The notes under the pieces are model-generated. The model was not told the DNA's origin. It ran no database searches and saw only the letters and a program-made list of their open reading frames with translations. The position numbers and the translations under genes are program-made. Of a DNA stretch of 64,000 nucleotides, positions 1 through 11,162 are shown one piece after another; within the stretch, counting starts at the first letter, position 1; the number at the start of each line of letters is the position of its first letter. The stretch is from Mobula hypostoma (taxonomy: Eukaryota). Where the stretch lies: NCBI RefSeq assembly GCF_963921235.1, contig NC_086107.1:107882001-107946000 (forward strand), in the 5' to 3' direction.

Positions 1-95
1 TCGTTCTCTCTACACCCAAACCACCTGCCCACTTCCTCTGTGAGCTATCTGATCCAGTAGCTGCTTCAGAGATTTGTTCAAAGCTTCAGGCTGAA

Positions 96-640
96 TTACC
101 CAATGTTGCACTGACAGAAGCTGTTCCTGAATCTCCGAGTGCATGCCTTCAGGCTTCTGTATCTCCTTCCTGATGGTAGCAATGAGAACAAGGCATGTCC
201 TGAGTCATGGGGGTCCTTTTTGAGACGTCGCTCCTTGAAGGTGTCCTGGGTACTATGGAGGCCAGTGCCTGTGATGGAGCTGACTGAGTTTACAAGTCTC
301 TGCAGCTTAATTTGGTCCTGTGCAGTAGCCCCCCGCCCCCCTTCCCATCCCAGATGGTGATGCAGCCAGTTAAATGCTCTCCACGGTACATTTGTAGAGG
401 TTTGAGAGGATTTTGGTGACATACTAAATCTCCTAATGAATTATAGCCACTGTTGTGCATTTTTTTGGAGCGGCATCGATACATTGGGTCCAGGTTAGAT
501 CCTCAGAGATGCTGGCACCCAGGAACTTGAAATTGCTCACCCTTTCCACTTCTGATCCCTCGATGTGATCTGGTGTGTGTTGCCTCATCTCACCCTTTCT
601 GAAGTCCACAATCAGTTTTTTGGTCTTACCAATGTTGAGT
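96..640 (-). mobile_element. Rex1/Babar-like LINE, decayed 3' part of RT ORF
   Basis: ORF 96..422 ends ...HALFSLLPSGRRYRSLKACTRRFRNSF, the C-terminal motif of this LINE group; the same motif recurs at 49450 and 52023. Confidence 0.75.
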
Positions 641-659
641 GCAAGGAGTAGTATTGTTG

Positions 660-1216
660 GAGCAATGCTGTTGGTCTCCTTATTTAAGAAAGGATGTGCT
701 GACGTTGGAAAGGGTACAGAGAAGATTCACTAGAATGATTCCGGGAATGAGAGGGTTAACATATGAGGAACGTTTGTCCGCTCTTGGACTGTATTCCTTG
801 GAGTTTAGAGGAATGAGGGGAGACCTCTTAGAAACATTTCGAATGTTGAAAGGCATGGACAGAGTGGATGTGACAAAATTGTTTCCCATGATGGGGGAGT
901 CTAGTACGAGAGGGCATGACTTAAGGATTGAAGGATGCCCATTCAGAACAGAGATGCAAAGCAATTTTTTTAGCTAGAGGGCGGTGAATCTATGGAAATT
1001 GTTGCCACGGGCGGCAGTGGAGGCCAAGTCATTGGGTGTATTTAAGGCTGAGATTGATAGGTATCTGAGTAGCCAGGGCATCAAAGGTTATGGTGAGAAG
1101 GTGAGGGAGTGGGACAAAATGGGAGAATGGATCAGCTCATGATAAAATGGCGGAGCAGACTCGATTGGCCGAATGGTCGACTTCTGTTCCTTTGTCTTGT
1201 GGTCTAATGGTCTAAT
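660..1216 (+). mobile_element. CR1 LINE 3' fragment
   Basis: WSPYLRKDVLTLERVQRRFTRMIPG...LGLYSLEFR (ORF 639..977), followed by 3' UTR and (ATGGTCT)-type tail. Confidence 0.9.
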
Positions 1217-1440
1217 GCATTGTCAGAGGCAGTATTGGCGGAGTGCTGCCTCGTGAGAGATGCAGTATGCAGGAAGCATTGCATTGTCAGAGGGGCAACG
1301 CTGAGGGATTGTTACTCTGTCCAAAGACAGAACCAAAGGAGTACAGTATTGTTAGGGAAGCAAGACTGAGTGAGCATTGCACTGTTTGAAAACTGGTACT
1401 GAGGGAATGATGCTCTATCAGAGGGGCAATGCTGAACTGC
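1217..1440 (+). repeat. Degenerate tandem repeat of ~30-bp units resembling the Deu-SINE segment 'gtactgagggagtgctgcactgtcagagg'
   Basis: Recurrent gcattgtcagagg / ctgaggga / gcactgt words. Confidence 0.5.
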
Positions 1441-1564
1441 TTGCTAATTTACTTATATGCTATTAGATGCTATGTCAGGCTAAGAAGGGGTTGCTCCCCA
1501 TCTAAATGCAGTTCCCTCTTGATTAATCTCTTGGAATATTTCAGAAATGTGCCGAAAAGTCCGA

Positions 1565-2610
1565 GGCTTTTTCCCAGGGCTGGAAATGGCTAGCATGAGA
1601 GGGCACAGTTTTAAGGTGCTTGGAAGTAGGTACAGAGGAGATATCAGGGGTACGTTTTTTACGCAGAGAGTGGTGAGTGCGTGGAATGGGCTGCCAGTGA
1701 CGGTGGTGGAGGCGGATATAGAAACATAGAAACATAGAAAATAGGTGCAGGAGTAGGCCATTCGGCCCTTCGAGCCTGCACCGCCATTTATTATGATCAT
1801 GGCTGATCATCCAACTCAGAACCCAGCCTTCCCTCCATACCCCCTGACCCCTGTAGCCACAAGGGCCATATCTAACTCCCTCTTAAACATAACCAATGAA
1901 CTGGCCTCAACAGTTTGCTGTGGCAGAGAATTCTACAGATTCACCACTCTCTGTGTGAAGAAGTTTTTCCTAATCTCGGTCCTAAAAGGCTTCCCCTCTA
2001 TCCTCAAACTGTGACCCCTCGTTCTGGACCTCCCCAACATCGGGAACAATCTTCCCGCATCTAGCCTGTCCAATCCCTTTAGGATCTTATACGTTTCAAT
2101 CAGATCCCCCCTCAATCTTCTAAATTCCAACGAGTACAAGCCCAGTTCATCCAGTCTTTCTTCATATGAAAGACCTGCCATCCCAGGAATCAATCTGGTG
2201 AACCTTCTTTGTACTCCCTCTATGGCAAAGATGTCTTTCCTCAGATTAGGGGACCAAAACTGCACACAATACTCCAGGTGTGGTCTCACCAAGGCCTTGT
2301 ACAACTGCAGTAGTACCTCCCTGCTCCTATACTCGAATCCTCTCGCTATAAATGCCAGCATACCGTTCGCCTTTTTCACCGCCTGCTGTACCTGCATGCC
2401 CACTTTCAATGACTGGTGTATAATGACACCCAGGTCTCGTTGCATATGATGGGGTCTTTTAAGAAACTCCTGGACAGGTATATGGAGCTGAGAAAAATAG
2501 AGGGCTATGGGTAACCCTAGGTAATTTCTCAGGTAAGGACATGTTTGGCACAGCTTTGTGGGCCGGAGGGCCTGTATTGTGTTGTAGGTTTTCTATGTTT
2601 CTATGTTTCT
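1565..2610 (+). mobile_element. CR1 3' end interrupted by a younger CR1 at 1721-2445
   Basis: RGHSFKV...FFTQRVVSAWNGLP; the sequence resumes at 2446 and ends in a (TTCTATGT)n tail at ~2590-2610. Confidence 0.8.
1721..2445 (-). mobile_element. Young CR1 LINE 3' fragment
   Basis: Uninterrupted 170-aa RT C-terminus (LYKALVRPHLEYCVQFWSP...FFTQRVVNL) and (ATGTTTCT)n tail; near-identical to 40640-41370. Confidence 0.92.
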
Positions 2611-2667
2611 AAGTAGCGACTCTTTGCATGCAGCTCCAATGGGGAATCTTCAAATATTCCATTTTAG

Positions 2668-2927
2668 GACTACTGCTCACTACCTATTACGCCGCTGGCG
2701 TTTCGGGCAGCAATGAAGGTCCTCCATCTCTGGTGGTGTTCAGGGCTTCCTTCATCGTGTCAGTAGCTTCCTCAAGGTTTTCACTACTACCAGTTGTGCA
2801 AATCCCGGGTGGAGACTCAGGAATACCATCACACTCAGATGTAGAAGGATTCTTTGTTGCTGTTTGCTTATCAATTTAGTTTTACCAGTCAGGGTTGTTA
2901 GCTCTGAGCTGAACCCCCAGCCCGGAG
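2668..2927 (-). mobile_element. RTE-type short non-autonomous element fragment
   Basis: The minus strand ends ...gatggaggaccttcattgctgcccgaaacgccagcggcgtaataggtagtgag (WRTFIAA-like RTE 3' end). Confidence 0.5.
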
Positions 2928-3718
2928 TATATGTGTACCTATATTAGTTCTACATTGCATTACATAATAAAAGTACAGTAAGTTACAGTAAGAAATATCT
3001 ATATAGTTATTGTTTTATTGTAATTTATTGTGTTTTAAATTATGTATTGCAATGTACTGCTACTGCAAAACATATATTTCACAGCACACAGTGTGCCAAT
3101 GATATTAAATACCTGATTCTGATTCTGACTCGGTTACTACCATCAGACTCCTGAAGTGCCGTGGATAACTCCATTCACCTCAACACTGAAGTGATTCCAC
3201 AAACTATTAACATTCAAGGACTCTGCAACTCATGTTTTCAGCAATGTTTATAGAGGCAAAGAGCACTACTGCATAGAAACAGGCCCTTTGGCCCATCTAC
3301 TCCATGCCAAACTGTTATTCTGCCTAGTCCCATCAACCTCTATATCCTCCCCATCCTTGTACTCATGTATGTACGTATTTATTTTTTTTTTGTGTTTGCA
3401 CAGCTTGTCTCCTTTTGCACATTGTTTGTCAATCATTGTGTGTAATTTTTCATAGTTGCTACTGTAGTTTTTGTTCAGCTGCATGATTCAGGATATTTAT
3501 AAGGACAGCTGTGTAAAAGGTGCCCATAGGATCATTGGGGACCCAAGCCATCCCAACCACAGTCTATTCCAGCTGCTACCATCCCGGAAACGGTACCACC
3601 CATAAAAGCCAGGACCAACAGTCTCCGGGACAGCTTCTTCCACCAGGCCACCAGACTGATGAACTCACACTGACTTGAGTGTACTCTATATTACATTGAC
3701 GGTTCTATTTATTATAAG

Positions 3719-4276
3719 ATTCGTCCATCGTCATCGATGAAGACCTCGACACCATTGATGGTGTCGAGACTAGCGCTTGATTTGGATTTAAGTGAGAGAG
3801 AGTTGCGCAGTGTCAGCCTCACTATCTCTTCCCAATTCCCATCTGGATCCAGTGGCAAGACAGAGTCGAGACGGCTGGAGATGCAGTGGATGACCAGGAC
3901 ATCTTCTGTGTCTTTCTGTGTCTTGCCTTGCTCTACACGTTCCACGACGCTTGCAGAGACCGCCTTCTTGACCGTTGGACCTTCCGTTGGTCTCGTCCAC
4001 TCAGTCCGCCGGAGTCTGTCTTCACATGCTGGGATAGACATCTCCCTATCTCACCCAGGGTTTGAGACCCGTCGGCTACCCTCACCTGGTTTAGCCGGCT
4101 TGTCGAAGCCACTGCCCGGGGTGTGGCCGCTGTCGCATGCAAACAGCTACGGGGAGCCACAGGTGAGAACTGAGTTTCAGGTGGGGACCAAAGGTGGACT
4201 AACCACCCTGAAAAGGACACGACATGTTCCCCCACCAGAGGTGCTACCCCTCCCTGACACCCCATACACTCCTTTA
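3719..4276 (-). mobile_element. RTE-type non-autonomous (bipartite) retroelement with long TSD
   Basis: 27-bp direct repeat tacattgac(g/t)gttctatttattataag at 3692-3718 and 4277-4303; no coding capacity; perfect 10-bp hairpin ctcgacacca-ttga-tggtgtcgag near the 3' end; ribozyme-like 5' end. RTE assignment is by resemblance. Confidence 0.7.
4081..4263 (-). ncRNA. Candidate HDV-like self-cleaving ribozyme
   Basis: Minus strand: P1 GGGGUGU/ACACCCC, P2 CUCACCUG/CAGGUGAG, P3 GGC/GCC, L3 starting UCCCCG, GGGCAG after P1, P4 GGCUU-cgac-AAGCC, J4/2 GGCUAA, in HDV order. Confidence 0.65.
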
Positions 4277-4321
4277 TACATTGACTGTTCTATTTATTAT
4301 AAGTTATTATGATTGCATATT

Positions 4322-4956
4322 TAGATTAGATTATTAGATTATGAAGACACGCAGTCCTCTTTTATTGTCATTTAGTAATGCATGCATTAAGAAATGATAC
4401 AATGTTTCCTCCGGTGTGATATCACAAAACACAGGACAGACCAAGACTGAAAAAACTAACAAAACTACATAATTATAACATATAGTTACAACAGTGCAAC
4501 AATACCATAACTCAATGAAGAAGTCCATGAGCACAGTAAAAAGTTCAAAGTCTCTGAAATGTCCCACATCTCACGCAGACGGGAGAAGGAAGAAAAACTC
4601 TCCCTGTCATGCCCGACCACAATCCGACTCTGAGTCGTTCGAAAACTTCGAGCCTCCGATCAGCTCTCCGACACCGAGTACCGAGCGCCATCTCTATCCG
4701 AGCGATTCGACCTCAATCTCGGTCGCCAACAGCAGGCAAAGCCGGAGATTTTGAGGCCTTCCCTCCGGAAGATTCACGACCGCGCAGTAACGACAGCAGC
4801 GAACGGGCGTTTCAGAAATTCCTCCAGATGTTCCTCTGTGCTTTCACGTCTGTCTCCATCAAATCAGAATTGTCCACGGCCCCTATTTAATGGATACAAA
4901 ATCATTTTCACCGGAGGGCTGCGCACGCGCGGCGCTCTGCACTCTCTCCTCCCGCC
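4322..4956 (-). mobile_element. ~620-bp CpG-rich non-autonomous retroelement (family copy 1)
   Basis: Homologous over its full length to 13866-14468 (+) and 26155-26800 (-); AATAAA followed by a (TAATC)n tail. Confidence 0.8.
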
Positions 4957-5464
4957 TGGAGACGTAACGTAAAGATCTTTACTCCTCATGTATGTGGAGG
5001 ATGTAAGAAAAAAAAGTCAATTCAATTAATTCAAGAAAATGAATCTCAGCGTAGTATATGGAGGCACTTCGATGTCAAATTAAACTTTGAAGTGGCAACA
5101 CTGGAGGCATATTTTAGTATCATGCAGAAACACTTAGAGGTGCCGGACTGTGGGTGGGGTAGGAAAACGATGCTGTTTGGTAACCGAGGGGCAACACTGA
5201 GCGAGTACTGTATTGTCGGGCAGTCAATACAGAAGCAGGTTACAACATTGGAAGGTAAATTCTGAGGTCTGGTGGTATACTTGTGGAACATTTCCGGGGG
5301 AATATCACTTGTTGGATTTGCGCTGCTGAGGGGGAGCCGCACAGTTCAAATAGTAGTACCGAGAGAATAGTACATTACAGAGGCACCAAGGGAGTGCTGA
5401 AATTTCAGAGAGAGAGTACTGAGTCTAGAACTCATGTTCTCCACATTATTTATTTAGTTAGTTA

Positions 5465-6183
5465 GTTTTTAAAAGATATTTTTGTCATTATTTCAACGGT
5501 TTTGAATATAGACTTATCACCTCACCCAGTTACTGCTATCTTTGGATTACCAATGATAGATTCAAGTTATTTAACCTCTTCAGCATGTAGGATGATTGCA
5601 TTTCTTACTCTAATGGCTAGAAGATCTATTTTGCTGAATTGGAAAGAGATTAACCCTCCTACTGTATTCCATTGGTTTTCACAAACTATGGTGTGTTTGA
5701 ATTTGGAAAAAATTAGAAGTGCGGTTTATGACCCTTCCAACAAATTTGAAAAAACTTGGAGGCCATTTATTCAGCATTTTCATTTGATGTAAGTTGACCA
5801 TTTCCAAACTTGTTTTATCTCTCTGTACTGTTGGTTGAGAGGAGCGGAGTCGTCGACACTAAGGTTTTCTTCTTTCCCGTTTTTAAGTTGTTAGTACTGC
5901 CCAAGTCTTTAGTTCAGTTGACTAATTCTGTTTAGTTTAGTTTTTTTTTGGGGATAGGTTTTTTTTTTCTTTTTTTTTCCTTTTTCATTTTTTTTTAGTT
6001 TTTTTTGCTTTGTATTATTCATTCCTATTCTACACGATTGGGAGTTTTGTCAATTTACACTATTTGGTCTTACAATTATTTATTTTAACTGTAACAATGT
6101 ATCTCCTATTATTTGTATTATTGTTATGTTATGTTTTCATTCTATGAAATTAATAAAAAGATTGAAAAAGAAAAGAAAGAAAA
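5465..6183 (+). mobile_element. L1/Tx1-clade LINE 3' end
   Basis: ORF 5502..5792 ...LMARRSILLNWKEINPPTVFHW...LEKIR...KFEKTWRPF is a typical fish L1 ORF2 C-terminus; T-rich 3' UTR, AATAAA and A-rich tail at 6152-6183. Confidence 0.85.
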
Positions 6184-6329
6184 TTATTATTTTTTTCTGT
6201 TAATGCACAAATTGTCTTATTTTGCACATTGGCTGTTTGTCAGTCTTTGTGTGTATTTCTTAATGAATCTCAGGGTAGTAGATGGTGACATATACTGTGT
6301 ACTTTGAACCTTAAACTTTGAACTTTGAG

Positions 6330-6600
6330 AGATCTGTACTGCTGGAATGACAAAATAGCAATGCTGCGTGTTAGAGAGCCACACTGAGGGAGCGCTTCAG
6401 TGTCAAAGGAGTTTAAAATGCCATTTTAAGACATGTTAAACCCATCTGCTTTCTCAAAAGAATGTAAGAGACTTCATGATGTCACCTCAATAAGAGTAGG
6501 AAATTCTTACTGGTATCATGGACCTAATTAATCCTGAAAACAAATTAGCAGGTCATGATCAGATTCCTGTGCATTGGAGCATGGTAACTACAAAATAATA
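6330..6600 (+). mobile_element. Old Deu-domain (AmnSINE/SacSINE-like) SINE remnant
   Basis: ctgaggggagcgcttcagtgtc...gttaaaccc...gtaagagacttcatg...agagtaggaaattct resembles the Deu body; highly decayed. Confidence 0.45.
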
Positions 6601-6659
6601 ATTCAATTGTTTATAAAGTGCCTTAGAATAACCATTAAAGCAAGTACACCTGAGACTTC

Positions 6660-6850
6660 ATTGGTTAGCTTGTACTCCCTCCCATCCCCACCCTCCCACC
6701 TTCTTATTCTGGCTTCTTCCCCCTTCCTTTCCCGATGAAGGGTCTTAGGCCAAAAGTTTGACTCTGTATTCCCTTCCATAGCTGAGTTCCTCCAGCATTC
6801 GCTGTGCATTGCTCTGGATCTCCAGCTATTTCAGAATCTCCTGTGTTTTC
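6660..6850 (+). mobile_element. Penelope-like element (PLE) pLTR fragment with degenerate hammerhead
   Basis: Pyrimidine-rich tract, ccgatgaagggtcttaggccaaaag, gctgagttcctccagcat. Confidence 0.65.
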
Positions 6851-7659
6851 CACTTCTTCATCTTTCTGACAGGCTGAATGGCCTCCTCACCTCCTGTAAG
6901 TTTCTCGGACTCTGAGAGTACTTGGCTGAAAATTTGGGCTCTATCGCGGTTCTTTTTAAAATTTTGTCTGTTTGCTTTCCCTCTGGTCTGTGTTTCGTGC
7001 GCTCTTTGTCCCCTCTCAGGCTGCTTTTGTCACGGCGTTGGTTGCTACAGGACCTGCCAATCAAGCTCTTTAAAGTTACTCAAAGCTGATTTTCAGGAAA
7101 CTAAAGGCAGTGAGTGGATAAGGTACTGATTGAATTTCAGCCCTCTTTAATCTTTGCGACCAGAGTGATTTGATTCAAGTGCTGAGTGACTGGGAGCACT
7201 GGATCAGATCCAGGTGATACCTGGGCAAAAACAAAGAACCCACCACCTGCAGAGCCGAGGTTAGGGAGAGATGATGGAAGACTAGGCAGTGGTTGGAAGC
7301 ACATGAAGGGATAGGATGTGCTGACACAGATCGCAGATTGTAAGCACTGAGGGTGGGTCTGATGGAGTAATTACTGTGAAAAAAGTTCCAGTAGCAGGCC
7401 GATCAGTGGGCAGAGAAAGAGATGCACACAGATTTAAGACAAGTGGCAGAAAGAACCAGAGGAGAAAAGGGAAATATTGTTTCACTCATGCTATGATTTG
7501 AAATTTACTGCCTGAAAAGATGATGCAAAGATTCAGTCTGAGGTTTCAAAACCACATTTAAGGAAGAGGCAGGATTGCAAGGGAGCTGGGGGAATGGAAC
7601 CACTCTTTCTAGAAGTCTGTGCAGTGACCGGAGTCTAAAGAGTTGCCCCCTTTGCTGTA

Positions 7660-8170
7660 TCCTGGTGTACAGTGAACAGTTTTGGGCCCCTTACCTAAGA
7701 AGAGGTATGCTGGCAATGGAGGGAGTCCAGAGAGGGTTCATGAAAAGGATCCCAGGAACGAGAGGGTTAAATTACGAGGAGCATTTGATGGCTCCTGGCC
7801 TGTATTCACTGGAGTTTAGAAAAATGAGAGGGGATTGAATATTGAAAAGCCTGGACAGAGCGAATGTGGAGAGGGGAGTCTAGGACCAGCTGGCAGAGCC
7901 TCAGAATAGAAAGGTGTCCTTTAAAACAGAGACGAGAAGGAACGTATTTCGTCAGAGGGTGGAATTCATTGCCATGGACAGCTGTGGAGGCCAAGTAATA
8001 GGGTATATTTAAAAAGGAGGTTGATAGGTTCGGGGGGAGGTCAAAGGTTACAAGGAGAAGGCAGGAGAATGATGTTGAGAGGAATAGTAAATCAGCCATG
8101 ATTGAATAGCAGAGTAGACTTGATGGGCCAAATGGCCCAAGTTTGGTCCTGTGTCTTTTGGTATTATTGA
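7660..8170 (+). mobile_element. Decayed CR1 3' fragment
   Basis: QFWAPYLRRGMLAMEGVQRGF...GLYSLEFRKMRGD plus CR1 3' UTR. Confidence 0.8.
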
Positions 8171-9310
8171 TGGTCTTATCATCCCATGATTCTTCAAACC
8201 GTGATGCCTCTGGAAATGTAGGCAGGAAGAACAAGCCGGGCTGAAGTCTACTGACAGCCTATCGTGCATGTCTTGTGGTCAAGTCCACTGCCCACTAACC
8301 AGGTCCCAGTGTCTGGGTTGTTAATGTCTAATGTTTTTGGCGGGAGGACAGAGGAATAGAATGAAGGGGAGTAATAGCAAAGAGGAGTGGGAGAAGGAAA
8401 AGAGAGAGAGTGAAAGAGAAGGTGGGACAGCACCTTGAACAGTACTGCACAGGAACTGGCCCTTCAGCCCACACGGATGGAGAGCATAAAGAGAAAGAAC
8501 CATTTCGCATTCAGCTTTAGATTATGACACACTGAACACTGGAATAAATCTGATTTAATTCCGATCTGCCAGTGAAACAGACTCCCTTCAAATCAAAAAT
8601 GGAGGCCACTAAAGAACAGCGAGCGGGTTGCAAAACAAATAATTTAACTGAGAAGCACTTGGGACATCCCAAGGATACATGGAGGATTTGATTAATGCAG
8701 GGTCTTTCTTTTAAAGAAATTGCTACCCCACAGGTTTCCTGGAGTTGCAACGGGTAAATTTTAGGACCTCTAGCAACAGAGAGCTCCAGGTGAGCTGGAA
8801 GGCCTAGAAGTTGTGGGAGGCATTAGGTCAGCAGGGGTGTGGAAACAGATAGGATAAAGATTCGCGTTTCACGGCTTCAAGCCATCCCAAAGTGTTTTAC
8901 AGCTAATGACAGGCGTTTTGAAATGTTGTCACTGTTATAACATTGGAAACACACTTGACAATGTATGCACTGGAATCTCTGGCAAGAGTTCCCAACTTTC
9001 TTATGCCATGGGGCCAGTACCATTAAGCAGGGGATATGTGGATCCCAGATTGGGAACATCCGCTCCAGAGGTTTGCAAACTCAGCCAGTTCCATCATGGG
9101 CACTAGCCTCCCCAGCACAGAGGACATCTTCAAAAGGTAATGCCTCAAAAAGACATCATCCTTCATCAGGGATCCCCATCACAGCAAACATGCCCTCTTC
9201 TCACTGCTACCATCAGGGAGGAGATACAAGAGTCTGAATGTTTAGGAACAACTTCGTCCTGACCGCCATCAGATTACTGAACGGACAATGAAGCCATGAA
9301 TACTATCTTT

Positions 9311-9451
9311 AAACGCAAACAACAGGAATTCTGCAGATGCTGGAAATTCAAGCAACATACATCAAAGTTGCTGGTGAACGCAGCAGACCAAGCAGCATCT
9401 GTAGGAAGAGGTGCAGTCAACGTTTCAGGCTGAGACTCTTCGTCAGGACTA
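9311..9451 (-). mobile_element. PLE terminal fragment including hammerhead motif
   Basis: Nearly identical to 9704-9832; flanked by actatct direct repeats. Confidence 0.8.
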
Positions 9452-9796
9452 TCTCGCTGTTTTGCTCTTTTTTTGCACTACTTATAATAATTTATATATA
9501 ATTCTTACTGTAATTTATAGTGTCTTTATGTATTGCACTGCAGTGATGCCACAATCTTCATGACATATGTCATCATCATCATCATCAGGTGCCATACCCA
9601 GTTTGAGTTTTGACTGCCATGGCCCACACACTCCTGTTTCGGGTCAAGTGGATCAATTCATTGGTATTCATTTCCAGTTCTCTGGCTGCTGCCTCCATTA
9701 TCAACAGGAATTCTGCAGATGCTGGAAATTCAAGCAACATACATCAAAGTTGCTGGTGAACGCAGCAGGCCAAGCAGCATCTATAGGAAGAGGCGC

Positions 9797-9832
9797 AGTC
9801 GACGTTTCAGGCCGAGACCCTTCGTCAGGACT
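9797..9832 (-). ncRNA. Minimal type I hammerhead ribozyme (PLE-associated)
   Basis: AGUC CUGACGA AGG-gucucgg-CCU GAAA CG UC GACU on the minus strand. Confidence 0.8.
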
Positions 9833-10123
9833 AACTGAAGGAAGAGTGAGTAAGGGATTTGAAAGCTGGAGGGGGAGGGGGAGATGCAAAATGATAGGAG
9901 AAGACAGGAGGGGGAGGGATAGAGCCGAGAGCTGGACAGGTGATAGGCAAAAGGGGATATGAGAGGATCATGGGACAGGAGGCCTAGGGAGAAAGACGGG
10001 GGGGGGGACCCAGAGGATGGGCAAGAGGTATATTCAGAGGGACAGAGGGAGAAAAAGGAGAGTGAGAGAAAGAATGTGTGCATAAAAAGGAGTAACAGCT
10101 GGGGTACGAGGGGGAGGTGGGGC

Positions 10124-11162
10124 CTAGCGGAAGTTAGAGAAGTCAATGTTCATGCCATCAGGTTGGAGGCTACCCAGACGGAATATAAGGTGTTGTTCCT
10201 CCAACCTGAGTGTGGCTTCATCTTTACAGTAGAGGAGGCCGTGGATAGACATGTCAGAATGGGAATGGGATGTGGAATTAAAATGTGTGGCCACTGGGAG
10301 ATCCTGCTTTCTCTGGCGGACGGAGCGTAGATGTTCAGCAAAGCGGTCTCCCAGTCTGCGTCGGGTCTCACCAATATATAAAAGACCACATCGGGAGCAC
10401 CGGACGCAGTATATCACTCCAGTCGACTCACAGGTGAAGTGATACCTCACCTGGAAGGACTGTTTGGGGCCCTGAATGGTGGTAAGGGAGGAAGTGTAAG
10501 GGCATGTGTAGCACTTGTTCCGCTTACACGGATAAGTGCCAGGAGGGAGATCAGTGGGGAGGGATGGGGGGGACGAATGGACAAGGGAGTTGTGTAGGGA
10601 GCGATCCCTGCGGAATGCAGAGAGAGGGGGGGAGGGAAAGATGTGCTTAGTGGTGGGATCCCGTTGGAGGTGGCGGAAGTTACGGAGAATAATATGTTGG
10701 ACCCGGAGGCTGGTGGGGTGGTAGGTGAGGACCAGGGGAACCCTATTCCTAGTGGGGTGGTGGGAGGATGGAGTGAGAGCAGATGTACGTGAAATGGAGG
10801 AGATGCGTTTAAGAGCAGAGTTGATAGTGGAGGAAGGGAAGCCCCTTTCTTTAAAAAATGAAGACATCTCCCTCGTCCTAGAATGAAAAGCCTCATCCTG
10901 AGAGCAGATGCGGCGGAGACGGAGGAATTGCGAGAAGGGGATGGCGTTTTTGCAAGAGACAGGGTGAGAAGAGGAATAGTCCAGATAGCTGTGAGAGTCA
11001 GTAGGCTTATAGTAGATATCAGTGAATAAGCTGTCTCCAGAGACAGAGACAGAAAGATCTAGAAAGGGGAGGGAGGTGTCGGAAATAGACCAGGTAAACT
11101 TGAGGGCAGGGTGAAAGTTGGAGGCAAAGTTAATAAAGTCAACGAGTTCTGCATGCGTGCAG
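10124..11162 (-). pseudogene. PLE RT thumb/linker plus GIY-YIG endonuclease, 5'-truncated (left arm, frame open)
   Basis: ...FLDL...YYKPTDSHSYL...SHP...CKRNKCYTC...FTCESTGVIYCVRCSRCGLLYIGETRRRLGDRFAEH...LGSLQPDGMN. Confidence 0.9.

Larger units (their letters stand above)
3485..5035 (+). mobile_element. Rex1/Babar-like LINE 3' end hosting two nested insertions (3719-4276 and 4322-4956)
   Basis: IQDIYKD...HSLFQLLPSRKRY-like coding remnant; the 3' UTR is collinear with the copy at 49570-50160 once inserts are removed; (CAATT)n tail. Confidence 0.75.

Noticed and set aside
3712..4312. Overlapping ORFs up to 191 aa
   Set aside because: No recognisable motifs; GC-rich structured non-coding element, and the longest ORF runs out through the TSD
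6858..7270. Splice-like signals and a CCAAT word suggesting 5' UTR exons or a promoter
   Set aside because: No supporting ORF, CpG island or homology; cannot be supported from sequence alone
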